Positions 50,652 through 60,279 of a DNA stretch of 64,000 bases are shown piece by piece (position 1 is the first letter of the stretch; the number at the start of each line of letters is the position of its first letter). Under the pieces are notes generated by a model that was not told where the DNA came from, searched no databases, and worked only from the letters and a program-made list of their open reading frames with translations. The DNA is taken from positions 12,567 to 76,566 of the forward strand of contig JAHHQZ010000002.1 in the NCBI GenBank assembly GCA_020026075.1, given 5' to 3'. Source of the stretch: Actinobacillus sp. (GTDB lineage: Bacteria; Pseudomonadota; Gammaproteobacteria; Enterobacterales; Pasteurellaceae). Position numbers and translations under genes: made by a program.

Positions 50652-51515
50652 TTACTCCAAATTTTGAATTTGTTCACGCATTTGCTCGATCAGCACTTTT
50701 AACTCCACTGCACTGGCCGTTACGCTGGCGTTAATGGATTTCGATGCCAGTGTGTTTGCCTCACGGTTTAATTCTTGCATCATAAAATCCAATTTACGCC
50801 CCACTGCGCCGCCTTTTTGTAAAATATGGCGGATTTCTTTCACGTGTAACTGTAAACGATCCAGCTCTTCTGCCACGTCTAAACGCTGGGCAAGCATTAC
50901 CATTTCTTGCTCAAATCGCTGTGGGTCCGCTTCCAGTTGCGCTTCTTCAAAACGTTGTTGTAAGCGTTGACGCTGCCAATTTAGCACGTCAGGCATTGCT
51001 TTTTGTACGTGCGCAATTTCCATTTCAATGCCTTGCAAACGCTGTTCGATCACGTCGCTTAATTTTTCCCCTTCACGCGCTCGAGATTGAATAAACGCCG
51101 CCAATGTTTCATCAAAGCCCACAAGCAACGCTTGAGCGATAGCGTCTAAATCTTGCTCCGCTGGCGTAACCACGCCTGGATAACGCAATACGTCCATTAG
51201 CTGAATTTCTCCCCCTGCGACTTTTTGCAGTTCGGTCATTGCATTTAAAATTTGCGTGGCGAGCGGATAATTTATATTCAACGCTGCATCGGCTACTGGG
51301 GCTAATTCCACACGTAAAAAGCACTCTACTTTACCACGACTTAGGCTATTGCGCAGTTTTTCACGCAAAACGTTTTCCAACTGGCGAAAGCTTTCAGGCA
51401 AACGGAAACTGGTTTCTAAGTAACGCTGATTAACGGAGCGCATTTCCCAAATGGCGGTCCCCCAAACAGCTTTCATTTCTTCACGAGCAAAGCCCGTCAT
51501 ACTGTATAACATCAT
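50652..51515 (-). CDS. yicC: YicC-family stress-induced protein
   Basis: 287 aa; MTGFAREE...RSVNQRYLE... and the C-terminus ..ELKVLIEQMREQIQNLE are typical of YicC; divergent from rph as in E. coli. Confidence 0.85.
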   Translation of the reverse strand: MMLYSMTGFAREEMKAVWGTAIWEMRSVNQRYLETSFRLPESFRQLENVLREKLRNSLSRGKVECFLRVELAPVADAALNINYPLATQILNAMTELQKVAGGEIQLMDVLRYPGVVTPAEQDLDAIAQALLVGFDETLAAFIQSRAREGEKLSDVIEQRLQGIEMEIAHVQKAMPDVLNWQRQRLQQRFEEAQLEADPQRFEQEMVMLAQRLDVAEELDRLQLHVKEIRHILQKGGAVGRKLDFMMQELNREANTLASKSINASVTASAVELKVLIEQMREQIQNLE

Positions 51516-51667
51516 AAAATCCTTGATTAAAAAGCCCTACTACAGGCGGAAATTGAACGGCGCTATTGTACTGTTAAATTTCTTTTCTGTCAGTTTGCGT
51601 GTTAAAATGTCGCACTTTTTTGCCCCCAAAGGTTTTCTTTAAGGGGCGTTCAAATAAGGAATAATTT

Positions 51668-52408
51668 ATGCAAACAATGCAAACCTCACGCCCTGAAAAT
51701 CGCCCTTTTGACGCAATGCGTCCTTTGCAAATCACTCGCCACTACACCAAGCATGCCGAAGGTTCAGTGCTGGTTGAATTTGGGGCAACCAAAGTGCTTT
51801 GTACGGCAACCATTGAAGACAATGTGCCACGCTTTTTAAAAGGGCAAGGCAAAGGCTGGATCACCGCCGAATATGGAATGTTGCCACGTTCAACCCATAG
51901 CCGTATGCAACGTGAGGCGGCCAAAGGCAAACAAAGCGGTCGCACGATGGAAATTCAACGTTTGATCGCCCGTGCATTGCGTGCGATGGTGGATTTAACT
52001 CAGCTTGGCGAACGCACCATCACCCTCGACTGCGATGTCATTCAAGCAGACGGCGGCACACGCACGGCAGCCATTTCAGGCGCAGCGGTCGCATTAAGTG
52101 ATGCCATTAACGGTTTAGTCGCCAGTGGTGCTTTGGCACAAAGCCCTATTAAAGGCTTGGTTAGCGCCGTTTCTGTGGGAATTGTGAACGGTCAAGCGGT
52201 GTGTGATTTAGAATACATTGAAGACAGTCAAGCAGACACCGATATGAACGTGGTGATGTTTGAAGACGGCAGAATGATCGAAGTGCAAGGCACCGCAGAG
52301 GCGGAACCCTTTAGCTACGATGAGTTGCTCAACTTGCTTGCACTCGCTCGTGGCGGCTGCACACAAATTTTTCAAGCTCAACGCAATGCCTTAGCAGATA
52401 ACGCTTAA
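51668..52408 (+). CDS. rph: Ribonuclease PH
   Basis: ..[25 protein letters not shown]...[15 protein letters not shown]...[14 protein letters not shown].. is nearly colinear with E. coli Rph. Confidence 0.95.
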   Translation: MQTMQTSRPENRPFDAMRPLQITRHYTKHAEGSVLVEFGATKVLCTATIEDNVPRFLKGQGKGWITAEYGMLPRSTHSRMQREAAKGKQSGRTMEIQRLIARALRAMVDLTQLGERTITLDCDVIQADGGTRTAAISGAAVALSDAINGLVASGALAQSPIKGLVSAVSVGIVNGQAVCDLEYIEDSQADTDMNVVMFEDGRMIEVQGTAEAEPFSYDELLNLLALARGGCTQIFQAQRNALADNA

Positions 52409-52419
52409 CACCCCATAAC

Positions 52420-52462
52420 GCAGGCCGGAATTTTCAAAAAAATTTTATTTATTCCAGCCTGC
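52420..52462. repeat. Palindromic intergenic element followed by a T-run (acts as the rph terminator)
   Basis: GCAGGCCGGAAT-TTTCAAAAAAATTTTATTT-ATTCCAGCCTGC followed by CTTTTTTTTT. Confidence 0.85.
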
Positions 52463-52497
52463 CTTTTTTTTATTTTCTACGCAAAAAAGGATATGAA

Positions 52498-53364
52498 ATG
52501 AATTATTTCGGTCGCATTATCGGCGCCATTCTTGGCTATAAATTTGGTGGATTTTTTGGACTGCTCGCAGGTTTCTTTTTAGGTTATTTGGCGGATAAAA
52601 AAATCTATGAACTCGGTCACGTGCGTTCTAGCATTTTTGGTGGTCGCTTAACACGCCAATCCCTTTTTATGCAAACGACTTTTGCAGTGCTAGGGCATCT
52701 GAGCAAAGCCAAAGGCCGTGTAACACGTGAGGACATCGCTCTTGCCAACAATTTGATGAACCAAATGCAGTTGGATGTGAACGGTCGCAAAGTGGCTCAA
52801 CAGGCGTTTAATTTTGGTAAAGATAACGAATTTCCGCTACGCACAGCCATTCGTGAATTTGCCAATGCTTGCCGAGATCGCAGAGATCTGTTGCGAATGT
52901 TTTTATCCGTGCAGGTGAAAGCCGCCTTTATTGATGACGTGCTAGACCCACGAGAATTGGAAGTGCTGTACGTTATCGCCGAAGAATTGGGTGTAAGTCG
53001 TGGGCAATTTGATCAAATGATTGCAATGGAAATCGCCGCTCGCCACTTCTCTCGTGGCTTTCAAGGTGGTTTTGGCGGCTATCACCAACAAGACACGGAA
53101 GGCTTTCACGATTATCACCAGCAACGAGCCTACACACAATCAGGCCCAACCCTTGATGATGCTTACAAAGTGCTTGGCGTGAGCGAAAACGATGACCGCC
53201 AAACCGTTAAAAAAGCCTACCGCCGTTTGATTTTGGAAAATCACCCAGACAAACTGGTTTCTAAGGGCTTACCAAAAGAAATGCTGGAACTGGCCAAAGA
53301 AAAAACCCAGCAAATTCAAGCAGCGTACGAGCTTATTTGTAAAGCCAAAGGCTGGCGCCGTTAA
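52498..53364 (+). CDS. djlA: Co-chaperone DjlA
   Basis: 288 aa with an N-terminal TM segment, a TerB-like middle region and a C-terminal J domain (..YKVLGVSENDD..KKAYRRLILENHPDK..). Confidence 0.9.
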   Translation: MNYFGRIIGAILGYKFGGFFGLLAGFFLGYLADKKIYELGHVRSSIFGGRLTRQSLFMQTTFAVLGHLSKAKGRVTREDIALANNLMNQMQLDVNGRKVAQQAFNFGKDNEFPLRTAIREFANACRDRRDLLRMFLSVQVKAAFIDDVLDPRELEVLYVIAEELGVSRGQFDQMIAMEIAARHFSRGFQGGFGGYHQQDTEGFHDYHQQRAYTQSGPTLDDAYKVLGVSENDDRQTVKKAYRRLILENHPDKLVSKGLPKEMLELAKEKTQQIQAAYELICKAKGWRR

Positions 53365-54296
53365 TGCGTGTTATTCTCGCCCCAATGCAAGGGGTTTTAG
53401 ATGCCTTTATGCGAGAAATTTTAACGCAATCAAAGGCTTATGATTTGTGCGTTACCGAATTTGTGCGCGTGGTAGAAAGCCTCTTGCCCGACAAAACCTA
53501 CTACCGCCTTTGCCCTGAATTACACCATCAAGGCTACACCAAAAGCGGTACGCCAGTGCGCGTGCAATTACTCGGTCAGCACCCTGATTGGCTTGCTGAA
53601 AATGCCGTGCGAGCCATCAATTTAGGCTCACACGGTATTGATCTCAACTGCGGCTGCCCCTCAAAAACCGTCAATGGCAGTCAAGGTGGCGCCTCGTTAC
53701 TTAAAGATCCTAATCTCATTTACCGTGCCACGCTCGCCCTAAGAAAGGCACTCGGCAAAGAAAACCAGTTAAGCGTGAAAGTGCGTCTTGGCTGGGATTC
53801 CCCTGAGCATGCCTTTGAAATTACTGACGCAGTGGAACAAGGCGGTGCCGATGAAATCGCCATTCATGGTCGCACCAAAGCGGACGGCTACAAAGCGGAG
53901 GCCATCAACTGGCAAAAAATTGGTGAATGCCGTCAACGGCTCAATATTCCTGTGATTGCCAACGGCGAAATTTTCACCTTTGCAGACGGCGTGCGTTGCC
54001 GTGAAATCACAGGCTGTACGGATTTAATGGTAGCTCGTGGCGCATTGAACGTGCCAAATCTCGCCCAAGTACTTAAAGAAAATGCCCCCATTTTAGAATG
54101 GGAAAAAGTACAGCAGTTACTCATTCAGTACGCACAAGTGGAGAACCGTTACGACACAGGCTTTTACCACGTGGCTCGTATCAAACAATGGTTACAATAT
54201 TTGAAAAAAGCCTATCCGCAAGCAGAGGCGTTATTTGACAAAGTCAAACGCTTAAAATCGGCAGATGAATTACGCCAAGCCTTAGCGAACTTCTAA
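53364..54296 (+). CDS. dusC: tRNA-dihydrouridine(16) synthase
   Basis: 310 aa; MRVILAPMQGVLD...DLNCGCPSK...IHGRTK.. are Dus-family motifs, and the length and sequence are DusC-like. Confidence 0.85.
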   Translation: MRVILAPMQGVLDAFMREILTQSKAYDLCVTEFVRVVESLLPDKTYYRLCPELHHQGYTKSGTPVRVQLLGQHPDWLAENAVRAINLGSHGIDLNCGCPSKTVNGSQGGASLLKDPNLIYRATLALRKALGKENQLSVKVRLGWDSPEHAFEITDAVEQGGADEIAIHGRTKADGYKAEAINWQKIGECRQRLNIPVIANGEIFTFADGVRCREITGCTDLMVARGALNVPNLAQVLKENAPILEWEKVQQLLIQYAQVENRYDTGFYHVARIKQWLQYLKKAYPQAEALFDKVKRLKSADELRQALANF

Positions 54297-54300
54297 AAAA

Positions 54301-54328
54301 AGACGTTGATAATCAACGTCTTTTTTAG
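54301..54328. terminator. Bidirectional terminator between convergent dusC and manA
   Basis: AAGACGTTGA-TAA-TCAACGTCTT flanked by an A-run and a T-run. Confidence 0.65.
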
Positions 54329-54341
54329 TTTCTGTCAAACG

Positions 54342-55544
54342 TTATGGTACGGTCGCCACTACGCCAAAACCTGTTTTCACACCTTGCACTTGATACGATG
54401 TATCCGCACTGATCAACGCCGTTTGCCCTGCTTTTAGGGTTAAACATTCATCGCCACAGGTGAGCTGTAATTCACCTTGCATTACAAGCAAAATCTCAAT
54501 TTGTTCAGCGTAATGTTCAAATTTTTCTAAATTATTCCAGCGTAGCTCAATTAACGCAAAATCAGGCACATCAACCGTCAACGGCAAAAAGCCTGTTTGA
54601 TTTTCCATTGCCTGCCCCACTTTGGGCGTGATCGCTTGGCAGTCGACTATCGCCACAAGCGCAGGAATATTGACAAATTTTGGGGTTAAACCGCCACGAA
54701 TAACGTTGTCCGAGTTCGCCATTAGTTCAATATTTTGCCCACGCAAATAAGCATGCGGAATGCCTGCCCCTTGAAAAATGCTTTCGCCCTTGTGCAAATG
54801 CACCAAATTAAACAGGTAAAAACTCAGCAAGCCAGCGTCTAGCTTATCTTCCGTGATCCCCAAACGTTGCATACTAAATAGCACCCAATACGTTGGCTCG
54901 TTTTCTTTCAGCAAACCTTGATCAAAATCCGCTTGGGCAGCCTTCACAATCGGCATCAACCAATGGTGCAGTTGCATTTGATCCGCCTGCATTACGAAAG
55001 CATAGAAATCCGCTACGCTGGAATTTTCTAATTTTTTTTGCAAACTTGCCAAAGACGGATATTGTGCCAATATCGCCAAAATATCCGATTTTGCTTTAAA
55101 ACCGTGCAGCAGCCAAAATTCTGACAAGGCGAGCATCATTTCAGGCTTATGGTTGTCGTCTTTGTACGTACGCATTGGATCGTTTAACGCAATCCCCTGC
55201 TGGTTTTCTCTCGCAAAGCCTTGTTCAGCTTGGATTTTAGTCGGATGTAATTGAATGGAGAGTGGATCTGCCACATCCAAAATTTTCAATAAAAACGGCA
55301 AGTTATCACCGAACGTGGCACGGCTTTTTTGCCCTAAAATATCAGGATTTTGCTGTAAAAAGCTATCGAGCGGCTGCCATTGCTCATCAACGAAAACTCG
55401 TGATGGCAAGCTGGAATGCGCCCCAAGCCAGTATTCCGCATTCGGTTGCTCTTTCGAGCAATTCAGCAGATCCCCTAAATAATCACGTCCGCCCCAAACG
55501 TAGTGTTGCACATCCCCTTGTAATGGGTAAATTTTTTGTTTCAT
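54342..55544 (-). CDS. manA: Mannose-6-phosphate isomerase, class I
   Basis: 400 aa; ..VQHYVWGG...AEYWLGAH...LPFLLKILDVADPLSIQLHP.. is the PMI type I signature. Confidence 0.9.
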   Translation of the reverse strand: MKQKIYPLQGDVQHYVWGGRDYLGDLLNCSKEQPNAEYWLGAHSSLPSRVFVDEQWQPLDSFLQQNPDILGQKSRATFGDNLPFLLKILDVADPLSIQLHPTKIQAEQGFARENQQGIALNDPMRTYKDDNHKPEMMLALSEFWLLHGFKAKSDILAILAQYPSLASLQKKLENSSVADFYAFVMQADQMQLHHWLMPIVKAAQADFDQGLLKENEPTYWVLFSMQRLGITEDKLDAGLLSFYLFNLVHLHKGESIFQGAGIPHAYLRGQNIELMANSDNVIRGGLTPKFVNIPALVAIVDCQAITPKVGQAMENQTGFLPLTVDVPDFALIELRWNNLEKFEHYAEQIEILLVMQGELQLTCGDECLTLKAGQTALISADTSYQVQGVKTGFGVVATVP

Positions 55545-55572
55545 TTTTCTCTCTTGTATTTTGTCTGGTTTG

Positions 55573-56040
55573 CTATTGTTGGTTTGGCATTGTTTTGCCG
55601 TTGATAAATTGAAAAATTCGCTCTTTGTCCGCAGGGTTAGCCAATACGGCAGTCATTCGTTTACCGTTAGTCAGATCGATCACAAAAATATTATTTTCCG
55701 TTAAATTCAATGCCTTAACTTTTTTATAGTCCACGAAAATATTATCTACAAGCATTCCCGTTTGTTTAAATAGCAAGCGTGGTGAGCGAAAAAACGCAAA
55801 GTACAGGCTTTGCAACACCACAATAGCCAGCATGAATATCGTCATTGGTGCGATTTGTCCTTTGCTTTGGAAAATAATCACCATAATTAATGCAATAAAA
55901 ATGAAGACATCGAGTTTTGCTCGTTTTTTAAGCGGAATTGCTAGTAGTGTATCCCCTTTACTGCGTGGAACGATATATTGATCCCACAACATATAGATGA
56001 AAAATCCAAGAATACAAAGGATTAAAACAATATTGACCAT
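55573..56040 (-). CDS. yobD: UPF0266/DUF986 membrane protein YobD
   Basis: 155 aa with 3 TM segments, immediately downstream of manZ as in E. coli. Confidence 0.7.
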   Translation of the reverse strand: MVNIVLILCILGFFIYMLWDQYIVPRSKGDTLLAIPLKKRAKLDVFIFIALIMVIIFQSKGQIAPMTIFMLAIVVLQSLYFAFFRSPRLLFKQTGMLVDNIFVDYKKVKALNLTENNIFVIDLTNGKRMTAVLANPADKERIFQFINGKTMPNQQ

Positions 56041-56100
56041 ACCGATACCATAAAATAAAACAGAAAAAGCGACGCCAGAATAAACAGAATTGTTTCGTTT

Positions 56101-56112
56101 ATTCCGACCTCG
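56101..56112. repeat. Isolated right arm of the palindromic element
   Basis: ATTCCGACCTCG, identical to the right arm at 39521-39532. Confidence 0.4.
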
Positions 56113-56137
56113 CTTATAAGCGTTTACTAACGATTGA

Positions 56138-56980
56138 CTACGCTAATACGCCTGTTGCTGCACCTAAAATACCGATAGCAAAAATACCAATGATAATCCA
56201 AAGTGCGTTCACACGATTACGTAACAACCACATACAAGCAAAAGTACACAGTAGTGGCAATAAACCTGGCATTAGGCTGTCTAGGATATTTTGAACGGTA
56301 GTCACTTGCGTTGTACCGTCTTGTTTTTCAATCACAGATACCACGAGTGGCACGTTGATAGATGTCCATTTTTGTACCAATGCCCCCATAATGAACAAGC
56401 CGAGAATGGATGCACCTTCGGTTAGTTTTTGTAATAAACCGCCAGACATATCTTGTACTACGTCCAAGCCTTTTTTATAGCCGTAAACAACACCGTAGTA
56501 GCGAGTGGCTAAACGTAACGCATTGAATAATACGAAGAATAACAATGGTCCAAGAATGCTACCCGTGATTGCTAAGCCCGCACCAAGTGCAGCGAATACT
56601 GGACGTGCAGTCCCCCAGAAAATTGGGTCCCCCACGCCAGCTAATGGCCCCATTAAGCCCACTTTAATACCATTGATTGCACCATCATCAATTTCTTTAC
56701 CGTTGGCACGTTCTTCTTCCATCGCAATGGTTACACCAAGAACTGGTGCTGCCATAAATGGCTGAGTATTGAAAAATTCTAAGTGACGTTTGATGGCATC
56801 TTTGCGTTCTTGTGAGTTTGGATCTGGGTACAAGCGTTTAATGACAGGTACCATTGAGAATGCCCAACCCAATGCTTGCATACGTTCAAAGTTCCAAGAA
56901 CCTTGGAAAAGGTTAGAGCGAATTACGACTTTGTTTAAATCGCTTTGAGTTACTTTTTTCATTTCAGTTGTCATTGTCAA
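56138..56980 (-). CDS. manZ: PTS mannose transporter subunit IID
   Basis: 280 aa with full-length IID similarity (..RSNLFQGSWNFERMQALG..). Confidence 0.9.
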   Translation of the reverse strand: MTMTTEMKKVTQSDLNKVVIRSNLFQGSWNFERMQALGWAFSMVPVIKRLYPDPNSQERKDAIKRHLEFFNTQPFMAAPVLGVTIAMEEERANGKEIDDGAINGIKVGLMGPLAGVGDPIFWGTARPVFAALGAGLAITGSILGPLLFFVLFNALRLATRYYGVVYGYKKGLDVVQDMSGGLLQKLTEGASILGLFIMGALVQKWTSINVPLVVSVIEKQDGTTQVTTVQNILDSLMPGLLPLLCTFACMWLLRNRVNALWIIIGIFAIGILGAATGVLA

Positions 56981-56985
56981 AATCC

Positions 56986-57786
56986 TTAGTCTAAACGGTT
57001 GTCAAGGTTATTGCCGTTTGAAACGACTTGTACTACTTGTTGGCTTTTGTTGTATTTAGGGTGAAGTTGGATGTAAAGCACAGCCATTACGCCACCAAGA
57101 ACACCTAACGCAACTAAGTTGAAGTTTGTGAAGGCTGCGATAACAAAACCAGTATAGAAGAATGGCATTAAGTGGCCTGCACGCATCATATTGATAACCA
57201 TTGCATAACCGACCACGGCGATGATACCACCACCAATTTTAAGACCATTTGTCACTACAGGTGGGATAGCGTGAAGTAATTCTTGAACGCCTGATGTACC
57301 CGCAGTCATTGCTACGATTAACGCAGGAATAGCAATACGCATTGCTTGCAGTAAAAGTGCGGTACAGTGAACCCAGCTCAACCAAGTTAAGTTACCATCA
57401 CGGATTGAGCGATCAGCAGCGTGTTGGAAACCAACAGTGATCGCACGCACAACATAAGTTAATACTTGACCAGCGGCTGCGAGTGGAATCGCAAGAGCGA
57501 TACCAGTTGAAATGTCTTGTTTACCAACAATAACAAGAATAGTTGAAACCACAGAGGCTAACGCCGCATCTGGTGCCAGTGCCGCACCGATGTTCATCCA
57601 GCCAAGTGCAAGAAGTTCTAATGAGCCACCAACGATGATACCTGTTTTAAGATCCCCTAATACTAAACCGATTAAGGTACAAGCGATCAATGGGCGATGG
57701 AACTGCCATTCATCAAGGATAGATCCCATACCTGCAATACAGGATACGAGGAATACAAGTACAATTTGTAAAGTTGAAATTTCCAT
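56986..57786 (-). CDS. manY: PTS mannose transporter subunit IIC
   Basis: 266 aa polytopic IIC (MEISTLQIVLVFLVSCIAGMGSILDEWQFHRPLIACT..). Confidence 0.9.
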   Translation of the reverse strand: MEISTLQIVLVFLVSCIAGMGSILDEWQFHRPLIACTLIGLVLGDLKTGIIVGGSLELLALGWMNIGAALAPDAALASVVSTILVIVGKQDISTGIALAIPLAAAGQVLTYVVRAITVGFQHAADRSIRDGNLTWLSWVHCTALLLQAMRIAIPALIVAMTAGTSGVQELLHAIPPVVTNGLKIGGGIIAVVGYAMVINMMRAGHLMPFFYTGFVIAAFTNFNLVALGVLGGVMAVLYIQLHPKYNKSQQVVQVVSNGNNLDNRLD

Positions 57787-57800
57787 AAACGGTTTCCTTA

Positions 57801-58775
57801 TTAAGCGATTAAATTATTTTTCTTTAATAAATCCATCATATATTGACGGGTATCATTAGAAACTTTACGAACGTCTAGCTCAACGCCCATTTTGTCGATA
57901 GCTTCAAAGGCCGCAATATCTTTATCGTCCACAGCCACCGCACTGGTAATCATTTTCTTACCTTCTTTGTACGCCATACCACCGATATTGATTGATGGCA
58001 TTTTTACGCCAGCTTCAAGTAAGGTTAGAACATCTGTTGGGTTCGTGAACAACAACATCATACGTTCATCGGCGTACTCTGGGTTATTCCAAACACGGAT
58101 CATTTTCTCAACATCAACCACGTGTGCAGTAACACCTGGAGGTGCTACACTTTTTAGCATTGTGGTACGTACGGTATCTTTCGCTACGTCATCACTAACC
58201 ACAACAATGCGTTTAACTTTACTTTCTTTTGTCCAACGTGTTGCCACTTGTCCGTGAATTAAACGGTCATCGATACGAGCAAGCCCAACCACAAGGTTAC
58301 CTTCTTTGTCTGATGCAACCGCTTCTACAGCCACTGGCTGTACTGCTTGTGGTGCTACTGTTTCTTCTTCTGATTCTTGGAATTTCAAGGCTCGCACACC
58401 AAAGCGACCAGACTCTAAGGCAATTTCTACTAGTTCGGATAGGCTCGGCTCGTCATCACGTCCCATAAAGGTTTCTACCAGCATAGGGACGTTAACACCA
58501 GTAACCACATCCATACTGTCTTTGCCGTCTGCTACACGGTTAGCTGCGTTAAATGGACTGCCACCCCAAGTATCCACGAGAAAAAGCACTTCATCACAAT
58601 GTGATAATGAAGTGCTTAATTGCTCTTCATATTTTTTAATGATGCTTTCCGCATTTTCACCTGGAACAAAGTCAATGGTAGCAACGTTTTCTTGCTCACC
58701 GATCAACATCTCCGTGGTTTTCAGCAACTGATTCGCTGCTTTACCGTGCGTAGCAATTATTATCCCTATCGTCAT
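57801..58775 (-). CDS. manX: PTS mannose transporter subunit IIAB
   Basis: MTIGIIIATHGKAA.. (IIA with the phospho-His), an Ala/Pro/Gln linker, then ..LARIDDRLIHGQV.. (IIB). The start is at 58775 with a GAGGAG SD. Confidence 0.9.
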   Translation of the reverse strand: MTIGIIIATHGKAANQLLKTTEMLIGEQENVATIDFVPGENAESIIKKYEEQLSTSLSHCDEVLFLVDTWGGSPFNAANRVADGKDSMDVVTGVNVPMLVETFMGRDDEPSLSELVEIALESGRFGVRALKFQESEEETVAPQAVQPVAVEAVASDKEGNLVVGLARIDDRLIHGQVATRWTKESKVKRIVVVSDDVAKDTVRTTMLKSVAPPGVTAHVVDVEKMIRVWNNPEYADERMMLLFTNPTDVLTLLEAGVKMPSINIGGMAYKEGKKMITSAVAVDDKDIAAFEAIDKMGVELDVRKVSNDTRQYMMDLLKKNNLIA

Positions 58776-58913
58776 AACGACTCCTCTAAAATTAGCTGTA
58801 GGTAAAAATAATAAGTCGCCCCTAGCAGCGACTAAGATCATTTTTCGTTCTGCCGAGCATTCTGCAAAACGGCACTATTTTACGGAAAATAGTCAAAAAT
58901 AGTAGTTTTGTTG

Positions 58914-58929
58914 TGTGATCTAGATCACA
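58914..58929. promoter_or_regulatory. Perfect CRP site TGTGA-N6-TCACA upstream of manXYZ
   Basis: TGTGATCTAGATCACA, fully palindromic, about 140 bp upstream of the manX ATG. Confidence 0.6.
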
Positions 58930-59006
58930 CTTTGAGAAAAAAGTTGAACTTTGCCTAGAAAAAATTTTCTAGCCTATTAAAAAATGTACAAAAAGTTTAT
59001 AAAAAA

Positions 59007-59042
59007 CGTAGGTCGGAATATTTGCAAAAATTCCGACCTACG
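59007..59042. repeat. Palindromic intergenic element, short form, perfect 13-bp arms, flanked by A6 and T7 runs (bidirectional terminator-like)
   Basis: CGTAGGTCGGAAT-ATTTGCAAAA-ATTCCGACCTACG. Confidence 0.9.
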
Positions 59043-59074
59043 TTTTTTTAGAAATTTAGAAAAGTGGCGTCAAC

Positions 59075-59677
59075 CTACAACAAATCTCGCCGCCCCATAA
59101 ATGAGTGGCTCAACGTGGTTCCATCTACGGTTTCCAGCTCGCCTCCCACAGGAATGCCGTGAGCAATGCGTGTAACTTTAATCTGGTACTGATGACAAAG
59201 CTCCGCTATATAATTTGCCGTAGCATCGCCCTCCACTGTTGGGTTGGTCGCTAAAATGACTTCTTTAAAATGCTCCGTTTGCAACCGCTGGTGCAGTTTG
59301 TCCAAGCCAATTTCTCGTGGACCAATGCCATCAAGCGGCGACAAATGCCCCATTAGCACAAAATAACGGCCTGAAAACTGTCCCGTTTGCTCAATAGCCT
59401 GAATATCCACAGGCTGCTCCACTACGCACAACAAACCGCTTTGCTGGCGGCGTGGGTTACAACAAATAACGCAAACCTCTTCTTCGGTAAAGGTTTGGCA
59501 CTGCTCACAATGCCCAATTTCCGCCATCGCTGTTTGTAAACTTTTCGCCAATGCCACAGCCGCCGGACGGTTGCGTTGCAGTAAATGGTATGCCATTCGT
59601 TGGGCGGATTTAGGCCCAACACCTGGCAAGCAGCGTAAGTGGTCGATTAAGGTTTCAAGCAATGGACTGGTTTGCAT
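59075..59677 (-). CDS. recR: Recombination protein RecR
   Basis: 200 aa with HhH ([13 protein letters not shown]), a C4 zinc finger (CEQCQ...CVIC) and a Toprim domain. Confidence 0.95.
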   Translation of the reverse strand: MQTSPLLETLIDHLRCLPGVGPKSAQRMAYHLLQRNRPAAVALAKSLQTAMAEIGHCEQCQTFTEEEVCVICCNPRRQQSGLLCVVEQPVDIQAIEQTGQFSGRYFVLMGHLSPLDGIGPREIGLDKLHQRLQTEHFKEVILATNPTVEGDATANYIAELCHQYQIKVTRIAHGIPVGGELETVDGTTLSHSFMGRRDLL

Positions 59678-59738
59678 AATTTCTCCAATAAAAACGCACC
59701 ACAGAACGTGGTGCGTGTAAGTTTTGTTGATCGTTCAA

Positions 59739-60068
59739 TTAAAATGGCATTTTAAAGCCAGGTGGTAAGCCCATTCCAGCGGTAACGCCTTTCATTTTTT
59801 CTTTTTGCAATTCTTCTGCACGGCGAACGGCATCGTTAAAAGCTGCGGCGATCAAATCTTCCAACATTTCACGGTCATCTTCCATCAGTGATGGGTCGAT
59901 TTCCACACGGCGGCAGTTGTGCGCACCGTTAATGGTAATTTTGACTAAGCCTGCACCAGATTCGCCTGTCACTTCTAATTGCGCCACTTCTTCTTGCATT
60001 TTTTGCATACGCTCTTGCATTTGTTGCGCTTGTTTCATTAAGTTGCCTAAGCCACCTTTTCCAAACAT
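59739..60068 (-). CDS. ybaB: Nucleoid-associated protein YbaB/EbfC
   Basis: [27 protein letters not shown].. is the canonical YbaB N-terminus, upstream of recR. The start is taken at 60068. Confidence 0.9.
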   Translation of the reverse strand: MFGKGGLGNLMKQAQQMQERMQKMQEEVAQLEVTGESGAGLVKITINGAHNCRRVEIDPSLMEDDREMLEDLIAAAFNDAVRRAEELQKEKMKGVTAGMGLPPGFKMPF

Positions 60069-60174
60069 TTCATTTTCCTTGTTTATCATTAAAAAACGCA
60101 CGCCATTCTAGCGAAAAAAATTCCTGCGTGCTAGTCATTCAAAACAAGAGTAACATTTGCACTTGTGGATTTTG

Positions 60175-60209
60175 CTAGGTCGGAATTTTTTGAAAAATTC
60201 CGGCCTACG
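60175..60209. repeat. Palindromic intergenic element, short form
   Basis: CTAGGTCGGAAT-TTTTTGAAAA-ATTCCGGCCTACG. Confidence 0.85.
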
Positions 60210-60279
60210 CTTTTTGTGCTACACTATGCCCTTTTTATTACGCCCCTTTTTATTTGCTTTTGCCCTGCACGGAGCCGTT

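Noticed and set aside
57355-57363. Uptake signal sequence cores: Hin-type AAGTGCGGT at 57355-57363 and Apl-type ACAAGCGGTC (reverse complement) at 22301-22310
   Set aside because: I noticed only single exact hits of each by eye. That is not enough to establish enrichment or to assign the USS dialect or species. A full count over the genome is needed.
60157-60279. 5' extensions of tracked ORFs across repeat elements. These are topB 60157-60279, rarD 32240-32341, rluC 44688-44846, torC 36612-36659, manX 58776-58841 and can2 14621-14701
   Set aside because: Homology to the protein families starts at internal Met codons preceded by SD sequences. The extensions run through palindromic elements, terminators or neighbouring genes.
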